Position numbers and translations under genes: made by a program
The notes under the pieces: model-generated
Database searches by the model: none
The model's input: only the letters and a program-made list of their open reading frames with translations
What the model was told of the DNA's origin: nothing
Assembly: GCA_010909165.1 (NCBI GenBank)
Contig: VJWM01000283.1
Span: forward strand, 1-64,000
From: Anthoceros angustus
Lineage: Eukaryota; Plantae; Anthocerotophyta
Direction of reading: 5' to 3'
DNA: 64,000 bases
In this document: positions 50,500 through 64,000 of the stretch, piece by piece
Position numbering within the stretch: position 1 is the first letter of the stretch
How the letters are laid out: every line of letters begins with the position of its first letter

Positions 50500-53400
50500 T
50501 CGTTGAAAGTACTACCACGGTAGTTATGGCGATGCTCGGTGCTTGTTACTACTAAGCAATCTTACCGTTGTATGAGAAAAGAAGGGCCATGAGGATCTGA
50601 GTTTGTCGGCGTTTTGAGCGGTGGCGCTTGCCAACGGGAGGATGCGCCGTGCTGTTTTATGTCTTCACGGGCGGCGGCCAAGTGGTACAAGCGGAGTACA
50701 TAGCTTCTTCCACACCCCGCCACCTTTGGGGCCTTGAAGAGCTTTTGTGAAAGGTTTAGAGGGTCGATGTGGAAGGATATGTCTGTCCAAACTCGAGGGA
50801 TTGCGGAGAGGGAAGGAGACCTGAGCTTATGTGGAAAGGTTCCACGACCTACGGATCGGTGGTCCTCACTAATAATGGCCATTGGTTTGCAAGAGGATTG
50901 GGCGGAGATGGGAAGCGTCGTCTCAGTGAGAAAAGATTTGGATCGGCGATCAAAGCACGAACTATAGGAGAGTCCAACGGAAGAGAAGAAATCGAACAAG
51001 GCGCGGAAGGACAAAGAGATACAGAAGAAGAAGTACTATTCGTCCTCGATGGCGGTTCCACGGAGGAGGATAGCTCTTTGACTCCTCGGGTAGCTCCACG
51101 GAAGAAGACCGAGGATTCGGAGGAGAATTCGTCGGAGATGGCGGCCGAAGGGATAGAAGGAAGAAGGGAAAAATGGCAGAAACACGTGCAAAGGGAAGGA
51201 GCTGCTATATGCAAGAAGGCCGGAGGCGGTGAGAAGAGAGGTGGAAGCGACCAAAAGGTGGAGCAACAAGGGAACAAGATGGAGGAAATGATGGTCAAGG
51301 AGAAACTCCATCTTAATGCCATCAAGGACCATGATAGAAGAAGGGTTGCTCTGAGGCGGGCGACTCTTCTCAACTTGGACGGGGCACTCGGTCGAGCATC
51401 CACAAACAAAAGTGCAACAACTGGAGCTACGAGGAGGATGAGGAAGAGATGTGCCTAGAAGATACGTACCAAATTCAGGAGGCGACGCCAATTTCCGGGT
51501 ACCCAAAAACCTTATACCCCTCAAGTTTACGAAACCCCGGTGGTATGGGCATTCGCACTCAGATGGCAAGAAACCCAGGACAGATGAGTGCCATTCAGTG
51601 CTACAATTGCCGAGGGTTCGGGCACCTTGCCAGTGGTTGCCCCTCCGCATCTCGCCAGGGGAATGGTGATTTTGAAAAGGTGTGGATTGCAAGCAATCGA
51701 GTCACGTCGGCGTCTCGGACACCAAAAACATGTGAGGATCGCTCAACCTCCCATGACCCACCCACCCATACAAAAGAAAGCCTGCTGCCGCAATGCAAGT
51801 CGAAGATGCGCTCATGGTGTATGGGAGGATTAGGCCGAGGGAGCGGAAGGGTTGGGGATATGGGGGTATTGGAACTCCTGCGATGGTTGTTCGACGGAGA
51901 GGAAGGCGGACACCCTAAGAAGGGAGCAGGGAAAAAAGAAGAAGAAGGTGGGAGCCTCCATAACGTCGCAAGTGAGGAGGAAGAGGCGTCTTCATCGGGA
52001 AGGAAGGAAGTCCAACCACAAATGACGAGGGACTCGGTATGGGAGCCGGAAAAAAGGGCATGCGAATCCAGCGGACGGGGCAAGGCACACGCCACCCACT
52101 TTGCGATTTGGATGGCATCACGGTGTAACTCCCTTAGCAGACCGCATTCGGTGAAGTGCAAAAAGAGACAGCCGGAGGAGTGGGACTCGAGTCGACACAT
52201 GGGGCGAAAAACCCGCAGAGGAAAAAAGGATGAGTCGGCGTTTCCGCCGATGTCGGGAAGGAAGTTATGGATATGATCCAGGAGAAGCGGAAGACTCACA
52301 CCTACCTTTGGCCACCGACACGGCCACATTTCAACGACCGCATACAAAAGACTACATGGGTTGTTGAAACGGTGGGGTTGGCGAGAGAACACGCGGTGTT
52401 CCTTTCAATTTAGCTATCATGGACCAAAAGTTCATGATAACGTTGACACTCTCGGGGACAATCCAGCGCCCAAATCCGTGGGGCATTGAAGGCGGCACAA
52501 CCCAAGAAGAGGCGGAACCTTTCCACCCCAAGGCGAAAACCCCTTGCTGTGAATATGGTGGCCATGATGGACGAGTCCCTGAGATAGAAATTGCGGATGT
52601 GTAATCAAGAAGGTGCCGCTAGGGTAGATTCAGTCAACATCATGTGAGAGACCGCTCGGAAGCTTGGGTTGCGAGATAGAACATACATCAAAGGTGTTGC
52701 GGTGGCGGACATGTCCAAAATGGCGGTAGGGGAGTTGACGAGTCCTAACCCATATTGGTACCATTCACCTCATGGACTCGTGGTCATTAAACAAAAAGCG
52801 CCGGATATGAGGTTCTCATTGACGAACATGGATGTATGGGGCACGTTGCACCTTCAAATGGGCAAGAAAGGAAGTGGGATTCAAACCTCTGGGTGGGACC
52901 CCAAAATTAAGGAGGGAAGGATATGTTTGACTTGGAGCGAGATACGTGCAGGGAGACACCAGCGGAGGATACACCTCTGCGAAGATACCTCTGGGAGGAT
53001 GAGAAGGAGAAATTCCATTCGCACATATTTCGTGGTCGGATGAAGAGGGCGACTGGGAGATATTCCCCCCATCAACCTATTAGGGTGCTATGGAGTCACA
53101 ATTGACAACCCGGTGGTGGAGAGGGGGGAGGAGGTGGAGAGGAGGGAGCAGGTGGCGGGGGCCTTGTCTGGACAAACGGAGGCGAGGAGGGTGTCTCACG
53201 TTTTACCTCAGACGACCTATTAGAATGGGGAATGCGTGAGGGCGAACCAAGCAAGGAGGAAGGGTTCGGCATCACATCCGCGGTGGAGAGAGTGGAATGC
53301 AGACGGATGAGGTCAAGGATGTGGAAGTGTTGCACAGGAAAGGTCCTTAAGTTTTGAGCAGGATGAATCACGAGACTTGGAAAGGGGATAAACATGTTGG

Positions 53401-54105
53401 CGGAATTTATCCATGTTTTGCTTTTGGCGTTCGGACATGAAGGGTATACGAGGAGTGGGGGAGCACAAGATTGATCTCGAGCCGGGCCGTGCCGGTCAGG
53501 ATCTGTAATACAAGCTAAATCCAAAGTATTTGAAGGTAAAGGAACAATTGGAGCTTTACTTGTGCCGTATCCTATTGTGACATCGGATGGGTAGCCCCAA
53601 TTGTGGTGGTTCCCCAAAGCGAAGGGAAGATCACAGATGCAGGATTGGAGGAAGTTAAACAAGGTGACCAAAAAGACCACTATCGCTTCCATTCATAGAC
53701 AACATCTTGGACTTAGTTGCGGGAGAATGGTCTACTCGTTCTGGATGGGTATTCGGTATAATGGCATCTCGGGAGAGTGATTGGCCACGGCCTTCACTAC
53801 AGTGGGAACCTATGCCTACAAGCGGAGCGTTCGGATTAACAGGCACCAGGATCCTTCATGCGGACAGTTGTCAAGATTTTCAAGGAATACCTTAGGGACT
53901 TCATGGAGGTCTTCCTTGATGACTTGCGTGTTTGGGCTGAAGATCACCTCAACCACCTTCGCAAATGTTTTGCGGTGGACCCCAATTGTGTCTACATCCC
54001 GAGAAATGTTATTTCGGCATGCGGAGGGTATTTTGTTGGGGCTGCATTTACGCAGGGGATAGAAGTCGACCGAGGATAAAGTCAAAAGCAGTACATTACG
54101 AAGGG
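50500..54105 (+). pseudogene. Athila-like gypsy gag-pol, truncated after RT
   Basis: CCHC CYNCRGFGHLASGC (51599-51640); WVAPIVVVPK, RKLNKVTKK, PFIDNILDLVAG, FMEVFLDD (53912-53923), LHPEKCYFG. Confidence 0.88.
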
Positions 54106-54599
54106 GTTTCTCCATCAAAGGGTTTTGGAAAAAATCCCAACCCTATTCAAAAACCGGTTGGGTTGGTTTTGTTAAGTTTTGTAGGTGTTCATCCATCGGA
54201 TTCGGCATTCTCGGCTCGGGACCACTTCACATCGGTCATTTTCCGATGGCGCCTTGCACTCGTGTTCATGGATAATTTGTCGGTGTGATGAAGGGGCTGT
54301 GGAATTCTTCCATAATTTCGGCATGTCGATGGTTTACGCAATTTGTGTGGTTCTATATGTTTTGTATACCAAGTGGGGCTAGGCGCGCGTAAGTGCGCGC
54401 CTAAACAAGGTATCACGCAAACTTGTGCGCGCACAAGGCAAAAGCAGTCACGAAATATCATTCGGTGAGGAAATATGTCTTCTTGGAGGTGCATGGATGT
54501 GGCGGAAGCCCGGCGACATAAGTTGCACAAATCGGCGGACGTCCACATAGACACACCTCATCTATCTACCCTATGCCCTAAAGCTACGAAGAATACCCT

Positions 54600-57300
54600 A
54601 TCACCTTTCTATCCTCTCGGTGTTTCTCCTTGACGGTGACCTTGTCGGATCATCATCAAACATGCCTTCAAAAGCACCGATGGCCGTCCGGTTCCGTTGC
54701 CTCTGCGGGGTTCTTGTTGCGATTGGTGTCGAAGCGAAGTCGGATGTCTTTCATCATCCGCGCCGAACTCACCACCCTTATTTTGGGATTTTCATCCAAT
54801 CATCATTTTCCTCAATGCATCTCTGGAACTTGGTGGTCGCCTGTTATCTTCAACCTATTACCTTCTTCCACGGCTGGTAGATGTTGAAGTTGAGCTTTGT
54901 CTTGATAAGCTCACGTATGCGGACTTGTAGAGTGCTATCCCTTGCAAAGGAGAACGTATGCCAAAATAAATGTCTCCGATATCAGCGATCGATCCAGTGC
55001 TTGGTCGCTTCCTCCGTTATCGCAAACCCTCTCTATCAACATTGTGTGGAGCCAATATCTCCTCGTAGGTACCTTCCTCAAACGCATTGCTATTCTCTGT
55101 CACCCACCACCTGGACAACTAGGTAAGGTTCGTCACAAGAAATCCAAGTCTTCCACGCAATCCGAAGGCCTTACGATCGTCTCTCACATGGGACGCAATC
55201 ATAGCCTCGTCGATCTCGGACACATCCCCATCGAATCTCGCCAACTCGATGGGCTGCGGCTCCGGCCTAAAATTCCGAGATACATGTGGCCGTTGCGGGG
55301 TTCAGGCTGGGCGGAATCACAAAGACATCTGGAACGTCGATGGGATTTAAGTTCCGCTCAGCCTCGTCCCTGTTGTACCACTCCCATGCTTTTTGAAGGT
55401 CTCGATGGACTCCTCCTCGATTTTTATCGCAAATATCAGACTGTGATGCCCAGAACGAGTTCCACCATACTTTGTCTTCCGAGATAGATATTTTTGCATC
55501 GGTTCTTGAGGGCTTTCCTAATGGCTCTCAATGATTTATGCGGGTCTGCGTCCAGTTTGCCATCATTGAAGTGGACATAAAGGCGCTCCCCTTATATCAT
55601 TTGGTATTCTCAGAAGGAACTCCAAACCCTCAGCGGTTCCCAATGTGACAAGTAGAAAGTGCCTTGCCACGAAGAACTACGGTGGCTCCACTCTTTCTTC
55701 CCTTGAAATTTTGAATTGATGTCGATAACTATGATTGTGCAAATTCCTTACGCATCTCGTGTCCTCTTTTACCCATCCCATTGGGCGGACAAAGCTCTGA
55801 AATCGGCCACCTCGAAACCATTTTCACTTGGATTGGGTGTATAAGCACGATGAATCAAACTCATAAGGGTTTCGAGTGACATTGCTTTTTGTGCACGAGA
55901 CTTTTAGAAAAGCATGAGAACATTTGATCAACTGCATCATGCGTGTGCCCGACAAGAAGGAAGCCCACCTTCACCTTATCGAAGACCCGCTTCTCGACAA
56001 GCATACTTAAGTATGCAAACAACAACATATTCTTGTTTTCTCTGGCGGTTGTCCGTTGCAAGTAAAAGCGTCTTGAGAACCATCTCATATGTGAGAATAA
56101 CATCACGGATGATATGAATAGTTAAGTTGGCGTCGTTCGAATATTCGGAAGTTCACAAACACCGGTCTTCATAATGTTGTTGTATACCAAACAACCCACA
56201 ACATGGACCGGATGAGACCATCTGCAAAATCCTTTGGAGGCGGGAAAATGTGGAGCTCCGTCTTGCTTTGGTCCATCCGTCGCCATCGCCATTCCAATGT
56301 ATTTTGGTTGGCCTTTACACTTCAAGCGTGTTTTGCAAGTTTTAGTCGCTCTGCTTGATCGTGCCGATGTTCACGGATCTTTGCTCATGGACCTACACGG
56401 ACAAAGCGGAAATGGATCATGCGCTTTTCACGCGCCTCCATGGACCCACGCGTGCCACGGTCTGCCGTGCTCGTGCATGGACTGGCCGTGCGGCGCGCAA
56501 GACTTGCGCGCGCCAGCGCTGCGCGTCGCGAAATCGCGGCTCACGCATGGTGCGCTGAATCGCGCACCCGTTTATCGCGATTTGGTGCATCACGTGCAGT
56601 GCGGCGCTTGTGCGCGCACTGCCTTTTGCGCGCAGTGCGGTGCACTGGCGGCACAGTTAGCGTCGAGGCGGAGTGCTCATGATTCCATGGAAGTCAAAAG
56701 GAAACTCGGATATGAAATACCTTGTTCTTGTCGTTGCTGGTCATCTCGATGGTCGCTTCAACGCTTCGCATTGGACGATTTTGAAAAACGGCTACACTTT
56801 GGTATCTTCACTTTTGGAAAATGTTTCTTCCATAAGGCATGTAGAGAATGAGAGGCGTTGGTCAAACCATCTTGAAACCTCCCGCTTGTAGTCCCGGAAT
56901 ATCTCCTTTGGTATATGAATCGCAAGTTGAAAATCAAACATTGGGCATTCGCTCACGTTAGCTTGAAAACTTTTCCATCCAAGCAATGCATTCCAACATG
57001 ATCTTCGGGCCAGGCCCCTTGGAACTTCAATTCCGATGACCATGGTGTGTTCGTTAGTACTCTCTGTTTCAAATGTTCATACCTTCGCCATCCAATGCAG
57101 AACACTTTTCTAAAACTTCGTACACAACATTGCAACCTGATGTCTCCTAGGAGAAAATTGAGAACATTGTGACCAGTAGAGTTTGCTTGTTCTACCTCGA
57201 GCAATCCTTGCAAATATATTTCCTGCTGTTCTCGAGGCAATCCCAAGAAGTATATCTCAGCTCTATAAACAAATATGGCCTCTCAAAGATAGGGTTATTC
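54600..57300 (-). pseudogene. DDD-type DNA transposase resembling Sola1 (DUF7869-like), with a probable intron at 56393-56720
   Basis: CCVRSFRKVFCIG; LWKKHFPKVKIPKCSRFSK; DG.MDQ..PHF; YLQ.DN.ARENKN; FLLVGHTHDAVDQMFS (GHTHD 55936-55950); HQFKI. Confidence 0.72.
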
Positions 57301-59049
57301 TTCATTAAAGGGGTTTGGGTCTCAAAGACCAAAAAGACCAAACCGCCAAAATGCATCATCTTTAGCAAAACCACTTTTAGACATGTAATCGAAAGACATT
57401 GACCATGTTATTTTCTCGTGAATACTTACGCTAATGTGGTTTGTCAAGAAGGTTCATGGATTTCACCTTCACAAGGAAGGGATTTCAAGGATTTTTAACA
57501 AAAGTGCTAGGAATCCTAAACACCTCTTCGCAGCGATAGTACTTCCTAGCAGGTGAACAGAGGCAAACCAAACAAAATTAGTCCAAGAAAGTTAAACTAC
57601 GGACGTCCGCGAACCAACAAAAGTAGCAAGCAGTCGAAAGAGCAACCGCGACACGTCCGAATGAGAGAACATTAACCGATAGCCCCGATCATGGCCATCT
57701 CGAGAGGACCAAACTACGACTCTAAAAGTAGCGCTGGACGCGTGCACGTGAGTACACAACCCCGGATCTCCATTGTTAGAGTGAAAACATAGAAGGAATT
57801 GGAACAATGCGCCGGCCGCACATTGGCGCGAGTCACAAAGCTCGCGCCGACGTCCGCGATGGAGACCCCAATCTTGTGGGCGCCCAGATGGAAATGGTGG
57901 AGTGGATGCGACGTCCCAAATGTATATATTGTTTGTCTTTCTAAACATCCGCATAGGTGGAGATAGACAATGGCATAAGAACTCCAAGGTTAAGCACCTG
58001 GTCGGATCAAGACTGGATGGGGTGCTTGACTTTGGTGCGAGAACTCTTAAGCACTCTTGGGTCGGATTAGTACTAGGATTGCTTGTTTTGGCGCTTTGAA
58101 AACTTTGTAACAACTCCATTCAACCTAGAGGCGTAACAATACTAGAGGCGATCAATACTGGATGGAGTGTTGATTTTAGTGGTTTGAAAATTTGTAAATC
58201 ATCCCTATCTAGGCGTAAAGTCATGAATATTATTTTTGAAAATCATTTGTTGGTTGATGTTATATTCCCACATTCGCTTTGTATACAACATGTAAAACCT
58301 TTTGGCCTTACTCTATGTGCCCCTTCCGATGACTTGCATGGATCTCTTTGATTGGTGCGCCAAATGTCCGCTCATTCGAGTTTGATGCACGATAGATGCA
58401 TAGGCCTTGGTTTCTAGATGAGCTACATTTTCCAAAATTCGACATGTATGATGGTGGTTTCTAATGGCCAACCTTTTGAAGACGATAATGTTTCACAATG
58501 TTTTGCAGAAGCAAGAAAATAAATAGAATAGATGATTTTTCCTTGAGTAATGAAAGCCTTTGATGCTCGAACACAAGCATATAAGAGAGCATCTGGCCAC
58601 CGCGAGCCCTAGTGAGAGCCAGAGTATTCAAGAAAGAGGGCTGGTCGCCCGAAATGGGGGTTTTGACCAAATGGTCGAGTATTTCAGTGAGGCTCAAGGA
58701 GGACCTGCCTATACCCACGATTTACATACCGTGTGGCCTAGGTGTTCAGAGACTAACTATAGCCAAGCTTCGCCAGAGATTTTGAATTTAAGATCGACTT
58801 GCTCCATGTGCCACCCATGGATAGATTAAGGTTGAAAGCGATTTGACTTGACAAGAAGAAATGTAAGCTCAAGAGTTTGATCAAGAACGGTTGAGGAGGC
58901 CTCACCATCCTTTACCTTGTCCACCTCACCGGGGCCCAATCGCATCTGCGGCTTATCTCGACAGGGGCCAGTCGACAGGTATGCCCGCCATTCGGGATTG
59001 CTCAATCACGGGTTTGAAAAGAGAATTGATGTGAGGTGCGGTGGCAAGT

Positions 59050-59700
59050 GTGCACAACTTGAACGAAAGTGCTTGCCTACACAAGTATTGACGCAACCCT
59101 CCAAACCCGTGTATTGCACCTCTTTGAGTATAAGTGCGCGACGTCGGTGCACTCCAGCTCTTTGGAGCATAAGTGCTACCATCCGCCACTTGGTACAAAG
59201 GTGTGTCCGCATTTGTGACGGTGGGCACATTAGGTCTTCTTGGGCTCGGATGCATGGGCTGGGTTCGCAAATCAGAAAAGGAAATGAGACATGTGCATTG
59301 GATGGTTAGCCAAATGGGGTTCGAGACAAACCCCTATGTCAGAAACAGGTTTATATTCTTCTTTCCCAATTGCAAAGAAACTGCATACAAAGAATGCGAA
59401 GACCATGCTATGTATTTCAATGCCGCAGCCTTCATGGTCCTCTTATTCTCCGGGCGTGATAATGTCTACGCTTCACCGCAATGTTCACCGACGCTTCGTG
59501 AATGGCTCGGCCCGGATAAGCACGCCGTGGTGTTCGTGCCGATCCTCATTCCCCGCATAATTCAGGCAAGACCATCATTCCCGACCTCCATGGAGCGATG
59601 AAGAAACAATTTCCCGCTCCATCTTCAGCCTCATTCCTAATCTCGAATTGGCGTGGTCTCCGTAATCCTTGGCCACATTCTCCCTTCTCCAACGGAGTTG
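59050..59700 (-). pseudogene. OTU-like cysteine protease remnant
   Basis: LGMRLK..DGAGNCFFIA (GNCFF 59600-59614), YAGNEDRH..LIRA, W.SHSLYAVSLQLGKKNINL, VGKHFRS (59061-59080). Confidence 0.5.
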
Positions 59701-62700
59701 TATCGATGAGACCTTCCGATGCCTTCCATGCTCGGAGTGGTGTCCATGATTGTCACCTTTCTCCACCTTCCGCGACGATATCACGGGCAGGCAACACCAA
59801 AACATCCATGCGTGATACATTGTCGCCAGGACCGCCCATCTGCCGCTATGGCCTTCCAATCGCCGGACCGGATCGGCAAGAGTAGGTTGGAGAAGGTGTA
59901 TTTTGATAGCTCTTCAAACTTCGGAATAATGTCAAGCAACTCGAGAGGAAGAAGAGCAGATTTTGCGTTGTCCATCTTCGCTTGAACCTTAAAATATCCA
60001 TAGATGATTATGGTGCGTGTTTAACCGCATAGTAGCCGAATGTTAATCATCAACGCTCGCTTGAAATAAAGGCTATAACGGAAACCTAGAGTTAACCTTC
60101 AACTCCAGCTAGTTAACCCGTGGTTAGTGCGTGGTTATCTCTCGGCGACAAGATTGGTGCCCTGAAACAAACAAAGTTGGGTATAAGTGAGCCGGCAGCT
60201 GGCTATGTCCGAGAGGAACTGATTGCGGAGGAAGAGGAGTACGATTAGATCAGCCAACCGCGACAACAAGAGGAAGAGCGCCGCAATCGGCTGTGAGCAA
60301 GAGCGAGAAGCATCCGTGAGTTTCGATGTCGCCAGACGGTCGATTCTAGACGCCGCGATTGTGTGTGCGCCATCTGTGTGCAGCCGTGGAGCGCTATTGC
60401 ACCTTCAGGCGCCCAGAAACCGCACTTGTGGGCGATCTGTGCAGCCACCCTTGCGGCTAGGTTCGGCAGAACCCCGGTGCGCGGCTGTGGCAGCCACCCT
60501 GGTGTGAGCTGTCCGGCAGCACCCTTGCGCGCCGCTTGCTTGTGGCGCTTGTGTCCGCAGTAACCCTCGGTTTGCTTTTGACATGCAAGATCCGCGTGCT
60601 GAGCCGATGGTCTCAGGGCGGTGAATGGCGCTGCGGTGCAGCTAGAACCGCGATTGAGGAGCATTGGGTGCGGGGAAATTGAGTTTAGTGGCGCTGGGGC
60701 ATGTAGACATTTTTGGTAATTGAGGTTTGTATACTATATAAGAGAACCGTAATAGGTGTTTGTGGCTCCATAATTTGGCTTGTTCCAGAAATCAAAACAC
60801 TTCAACCTTCCTTTGTTCCTTGCTTGGTGCATATTTGTCTCGATTTCTAATGCTTCACGTGTGCACCTTCGGTTGTGACATGTCCATCCCATCGGCAAGT
60901 GTGCAAAACACGCCAACGGTTGAACCTCCACCAGCCCAAACCTCCAAAGCGCAAAGGGCAGTCAATGTCGAGGCACGAGCTTAGAGCGGAGGATTGCGGC
61001 GAGGAGGTGCGGGTGGTGTCATGACCAACCAACATCCGGGCCAGGTGGAAAGTCGACTACCACAAGGAGCATCGGATGGGAAGAGTGGGCCTTCCCAAGG
61101 GCCATCAATGACCTAGGCAAAGCAAGGAGCATCGAGGGTCGATGACATCACATTGTTCGATGATATCGGATTGTGCCAATGGACCACTTTGGAGAATCCT
61201 TTCACTACGGTGAGAAGAATGGCTTGACTGAAATTTGCAATGATCTATCGAGCGAGACTACCGGACAAGGAATGGTGCATCCATGAAGAATGGACTCCAC
61301 CCAAAATTTTGATCCCATTCGCCGGGTGAGCGGTATATGGATGCGTTGAGGACGCGAAGATTGTAGTTGGGTACATTCTATGGGCTTGGAAGTATGAAGT
61401 AGAATTCGAATGAAGCTAATATGCACAATGAAGGAGAAGTTCTTTGTGAAGAATTTAAGCATCGCCTTTTTGCTAGTCTTGAGTGCGGACAAATATTCCA
61501 AGGCGTGAATACTCAAGATCTGCGTGAGTGGAGTGACGCTATGACAAGTGACAAGGTATGTGGACCGGATGATTATAGCTTCCCAAGATTTTTCGATGGC
61601 ACCATGTCGTATCGGGTGCTCGAGATGCACCGTAGCGCAGGCGGCGCCTTTGAGTCACATAGCACCCATTGCGGGCCCTTGTGCGCTTTTATGTCGGCCT
61701 GCACAGCACTTGGAGTGCATATAGGGTCATGGCACCCGGTCGCAGCGCGGCGCGCCGCACTCGGGCCATGTGCCCCATGCGCGCGCCAAGTGCGCGCGGT
61801 CCCATTGAGACCCCGATCGCGCCCAGGGTGTGCGCACCGGCCCATTGAGACGGCGCACTTGGGCGCACGGGGTGATCATCCCGGTCAGCGCGCGGCGCGC
61901 CGGGCATGGCACTCATGCGCGCCCAAGTGCGCGCGCCATGGCCACTCAACTGCGCCCTTGGGCGCACTCTCAATGGGCCGCCTGCTTGCGCACAATGGGG
62001 CACCATGCGCGGTGTGCCGGTGCGCGGCTACATGCCCAAGGTAGGATAGAGCGTATCGGCGTTCATTTGTTATTTAGATAATAAGTGAGGCGGAGGAGTA
62101 GTTAAGCCGCTAGTTGGTTAGCCACCACGTGGCTCGCGCCGATCATCTCGGATGGGCACTAGGTCACACTAGCGGTGCTTCATGGCGAGCATCAGGACGG
62201 GCTTGCAAATCAGTGGTTGCGGTGGTGGTGAAGGATCAACACAGTCCAGACGCCGACTGGTGGCATTATGTGGATGCGCCATCCGCGCATGGGAAAACGA
62301 TGAGCAGATGCGGCAGAGAGAACCAACGGCTAAGTGCAGCCTTCGGCCTTGGAGAATCAGTTGTTGAAGTCATAGGCGGTGAAGCTCGTAGCTCATCGGA
62401 GTGCTCACGAAAACAACTTGGATTACGCATTCAATCTCGTTGCGAATTGTCAATTACAGCGTGGGAGTGATTGGCGTTTGTAGGCATGAAGCGTTGTTGA
62501 TTTCTATGCACTTTCGCAACTCAAGAATGACACAGACGCGCGTGTATCGATGATCGGGCTTGCCGGAGCTAACTCTCACGACCTTGGGGAATGCAACCTC
62601 GAGGTTGCCAACCGGTCAGAAGAGTTTTCACTCACGGTTGTCGTCGCACTATCACGATGGCCCAGATTGCGGAAGGATGCCGGCTAAAGACCCTGTTTGT

Positions 62701-63669
62701 TTTGACTCGACAAAGGCGCCGAAGAAGATCTGAGTTGCCAAGAAGCGCATCGCCCAAGTTTACGGGCTAGGTGTATTTACTTGGACAACCATAAGATGCT
62801 AGTGCGCGATGCGGAAGAAATCGTGGTGCCCCATTGCGGCGGACAAGTGCGGCGCCACGCGGAGGTGCGCGCGCGCAGCAGCTTTCTGGGGCAGCAAGTC
62901 GCGTGGCGGGCCGCCGAGGCTCGCCCAGGTCTGGCAGTCACAAGTCATGCGGGGCATGGAAATAACCCGGTGGGTGCTTATACCGAGCGTCGCCTTAAGC
63001 CGGTCCAGGATGTCTGCGTTAATGTATCTCGGTTGATGTCGGTTAATGGAGATAATGGTTGTCTTTTATTGAGCAGTCTCTTGGCGCTTCTCAAGGAAAT
63101 AGTTCTAGGGTTGATGATGGCGAAGATGGCCGACCAAGCATGTGAAAGCGATCCTCTCCGGGAGGCGATGGAGAGGCAAGGAAAAGGCGATTCGCAACCG
63201 ACCAAAGCACCGCGGCTCACGAATAGGGGCAATTGAGGATTCAATGGAACAAGAAAGCAGAGGTACTTGCGGCCGGTATAGATATCCGGATGGCGATAGT
63301 GGAGAATATGAAGAGCATGAAACCGCAAATGAAGATGTTGAGGACGACGATGTGCACGACAATAAGCGAGTTGAAGCCGATGACAACAGAGAGGATATAC
63401 ATAGCGAGGGGGCTCAAAACGTCGTCTAATGTCCCAAGAATCGCCATGCATTGAGGATGCCAGCAGCTTCTACAAAGTCGGGCGGTAGGGTCAAAGAATC
63501 GGAAGGAGCGAGCCCGTGTACAACCAACCTCAAAGGAGGTAGACGCGGATGTTCACCAAGGACTAAAGGTAAACCAAAGGTGGAAAAGAGGAAAGAGGAA
63601 TGACATTGAGACACCAGACGGGCATCATCGCTAAAGGACAACGAGTGGAGCGAGCGCAAAAGATAAGGA

Positions 63670-64000
63670 CCCGTTACATCAAATTCGAGTCACAGACAAA
63701 AGAGGTGCATTCCATACGGATATGGTTGCCATCACCAAGTTGAGAAGCGCGGACTACATTACTCGTGACGCTCGGATCCAAGAGTGGATGAATCGTGGGG
63801 AAAACATCTTCTCCGGAAATTAAAAGGGACCTGCAAGAGGGAGTACTTCCTCCTATGTATGATCGATCCAAGGAGTGCGCAGCGTGGAGGTCTTTGACAA
63901 AGACAAGTTGAAAAGGCAGCGTACACCATGGGAGTATTGGTGGGAACCACGCTATGCGTTCCAACGCTGCACGCGAAGACCCGGAGAACTCACACTTCCA
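63670..64000 (+). pseudogene. Start of a ParB/Srx-like domain protein (cut by the window edge)
   Basis: RVDESWGKHLLRKL, FLLCMIDP..C.SVEVFDKDKL, SIGGNHAMR (IGGNH 63936-63950). Confidence 0.45.

Overview
Eukaryotic, plant-like (probably non-seed streptophyte; inference) transposon-dense DNA with no recognisable host gene. Most reading frames are broken by 1-3 bp indels, so proteins below were reconstructed by eye across frames. Main finding: a minus-strand Ty3/gypsy LTR retrotransposon (~4352-13873) with domain order gag(2x CCHC) - aspartic protease - C5 cytosine DNA methyltransferase - RT - RNase H - integrase - PHD finger, i.e. a retroelement carrying both a DNA-methylation writer and a histone-reader-type domain; fragments of a second family member lie at 18625-20740. 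Also present: a full-length Ty1/copia element with LTRs, PBS, PPT and TSD (21674-27458); a three-LTR tandem copia (28236-38870) nested in the RT of an older copia; Athila/Tat-like gypsy fragments with unknown accessory ORFs; a CACTA transposase C-terminus; and, at the right end, a Sola1-like DDD transposase followed by OTU-protease-like and ParB-like remnants that may belong to a large cargo-carrying DNA transposon. Domain calls rest on motif recognition only; no database search was possible.
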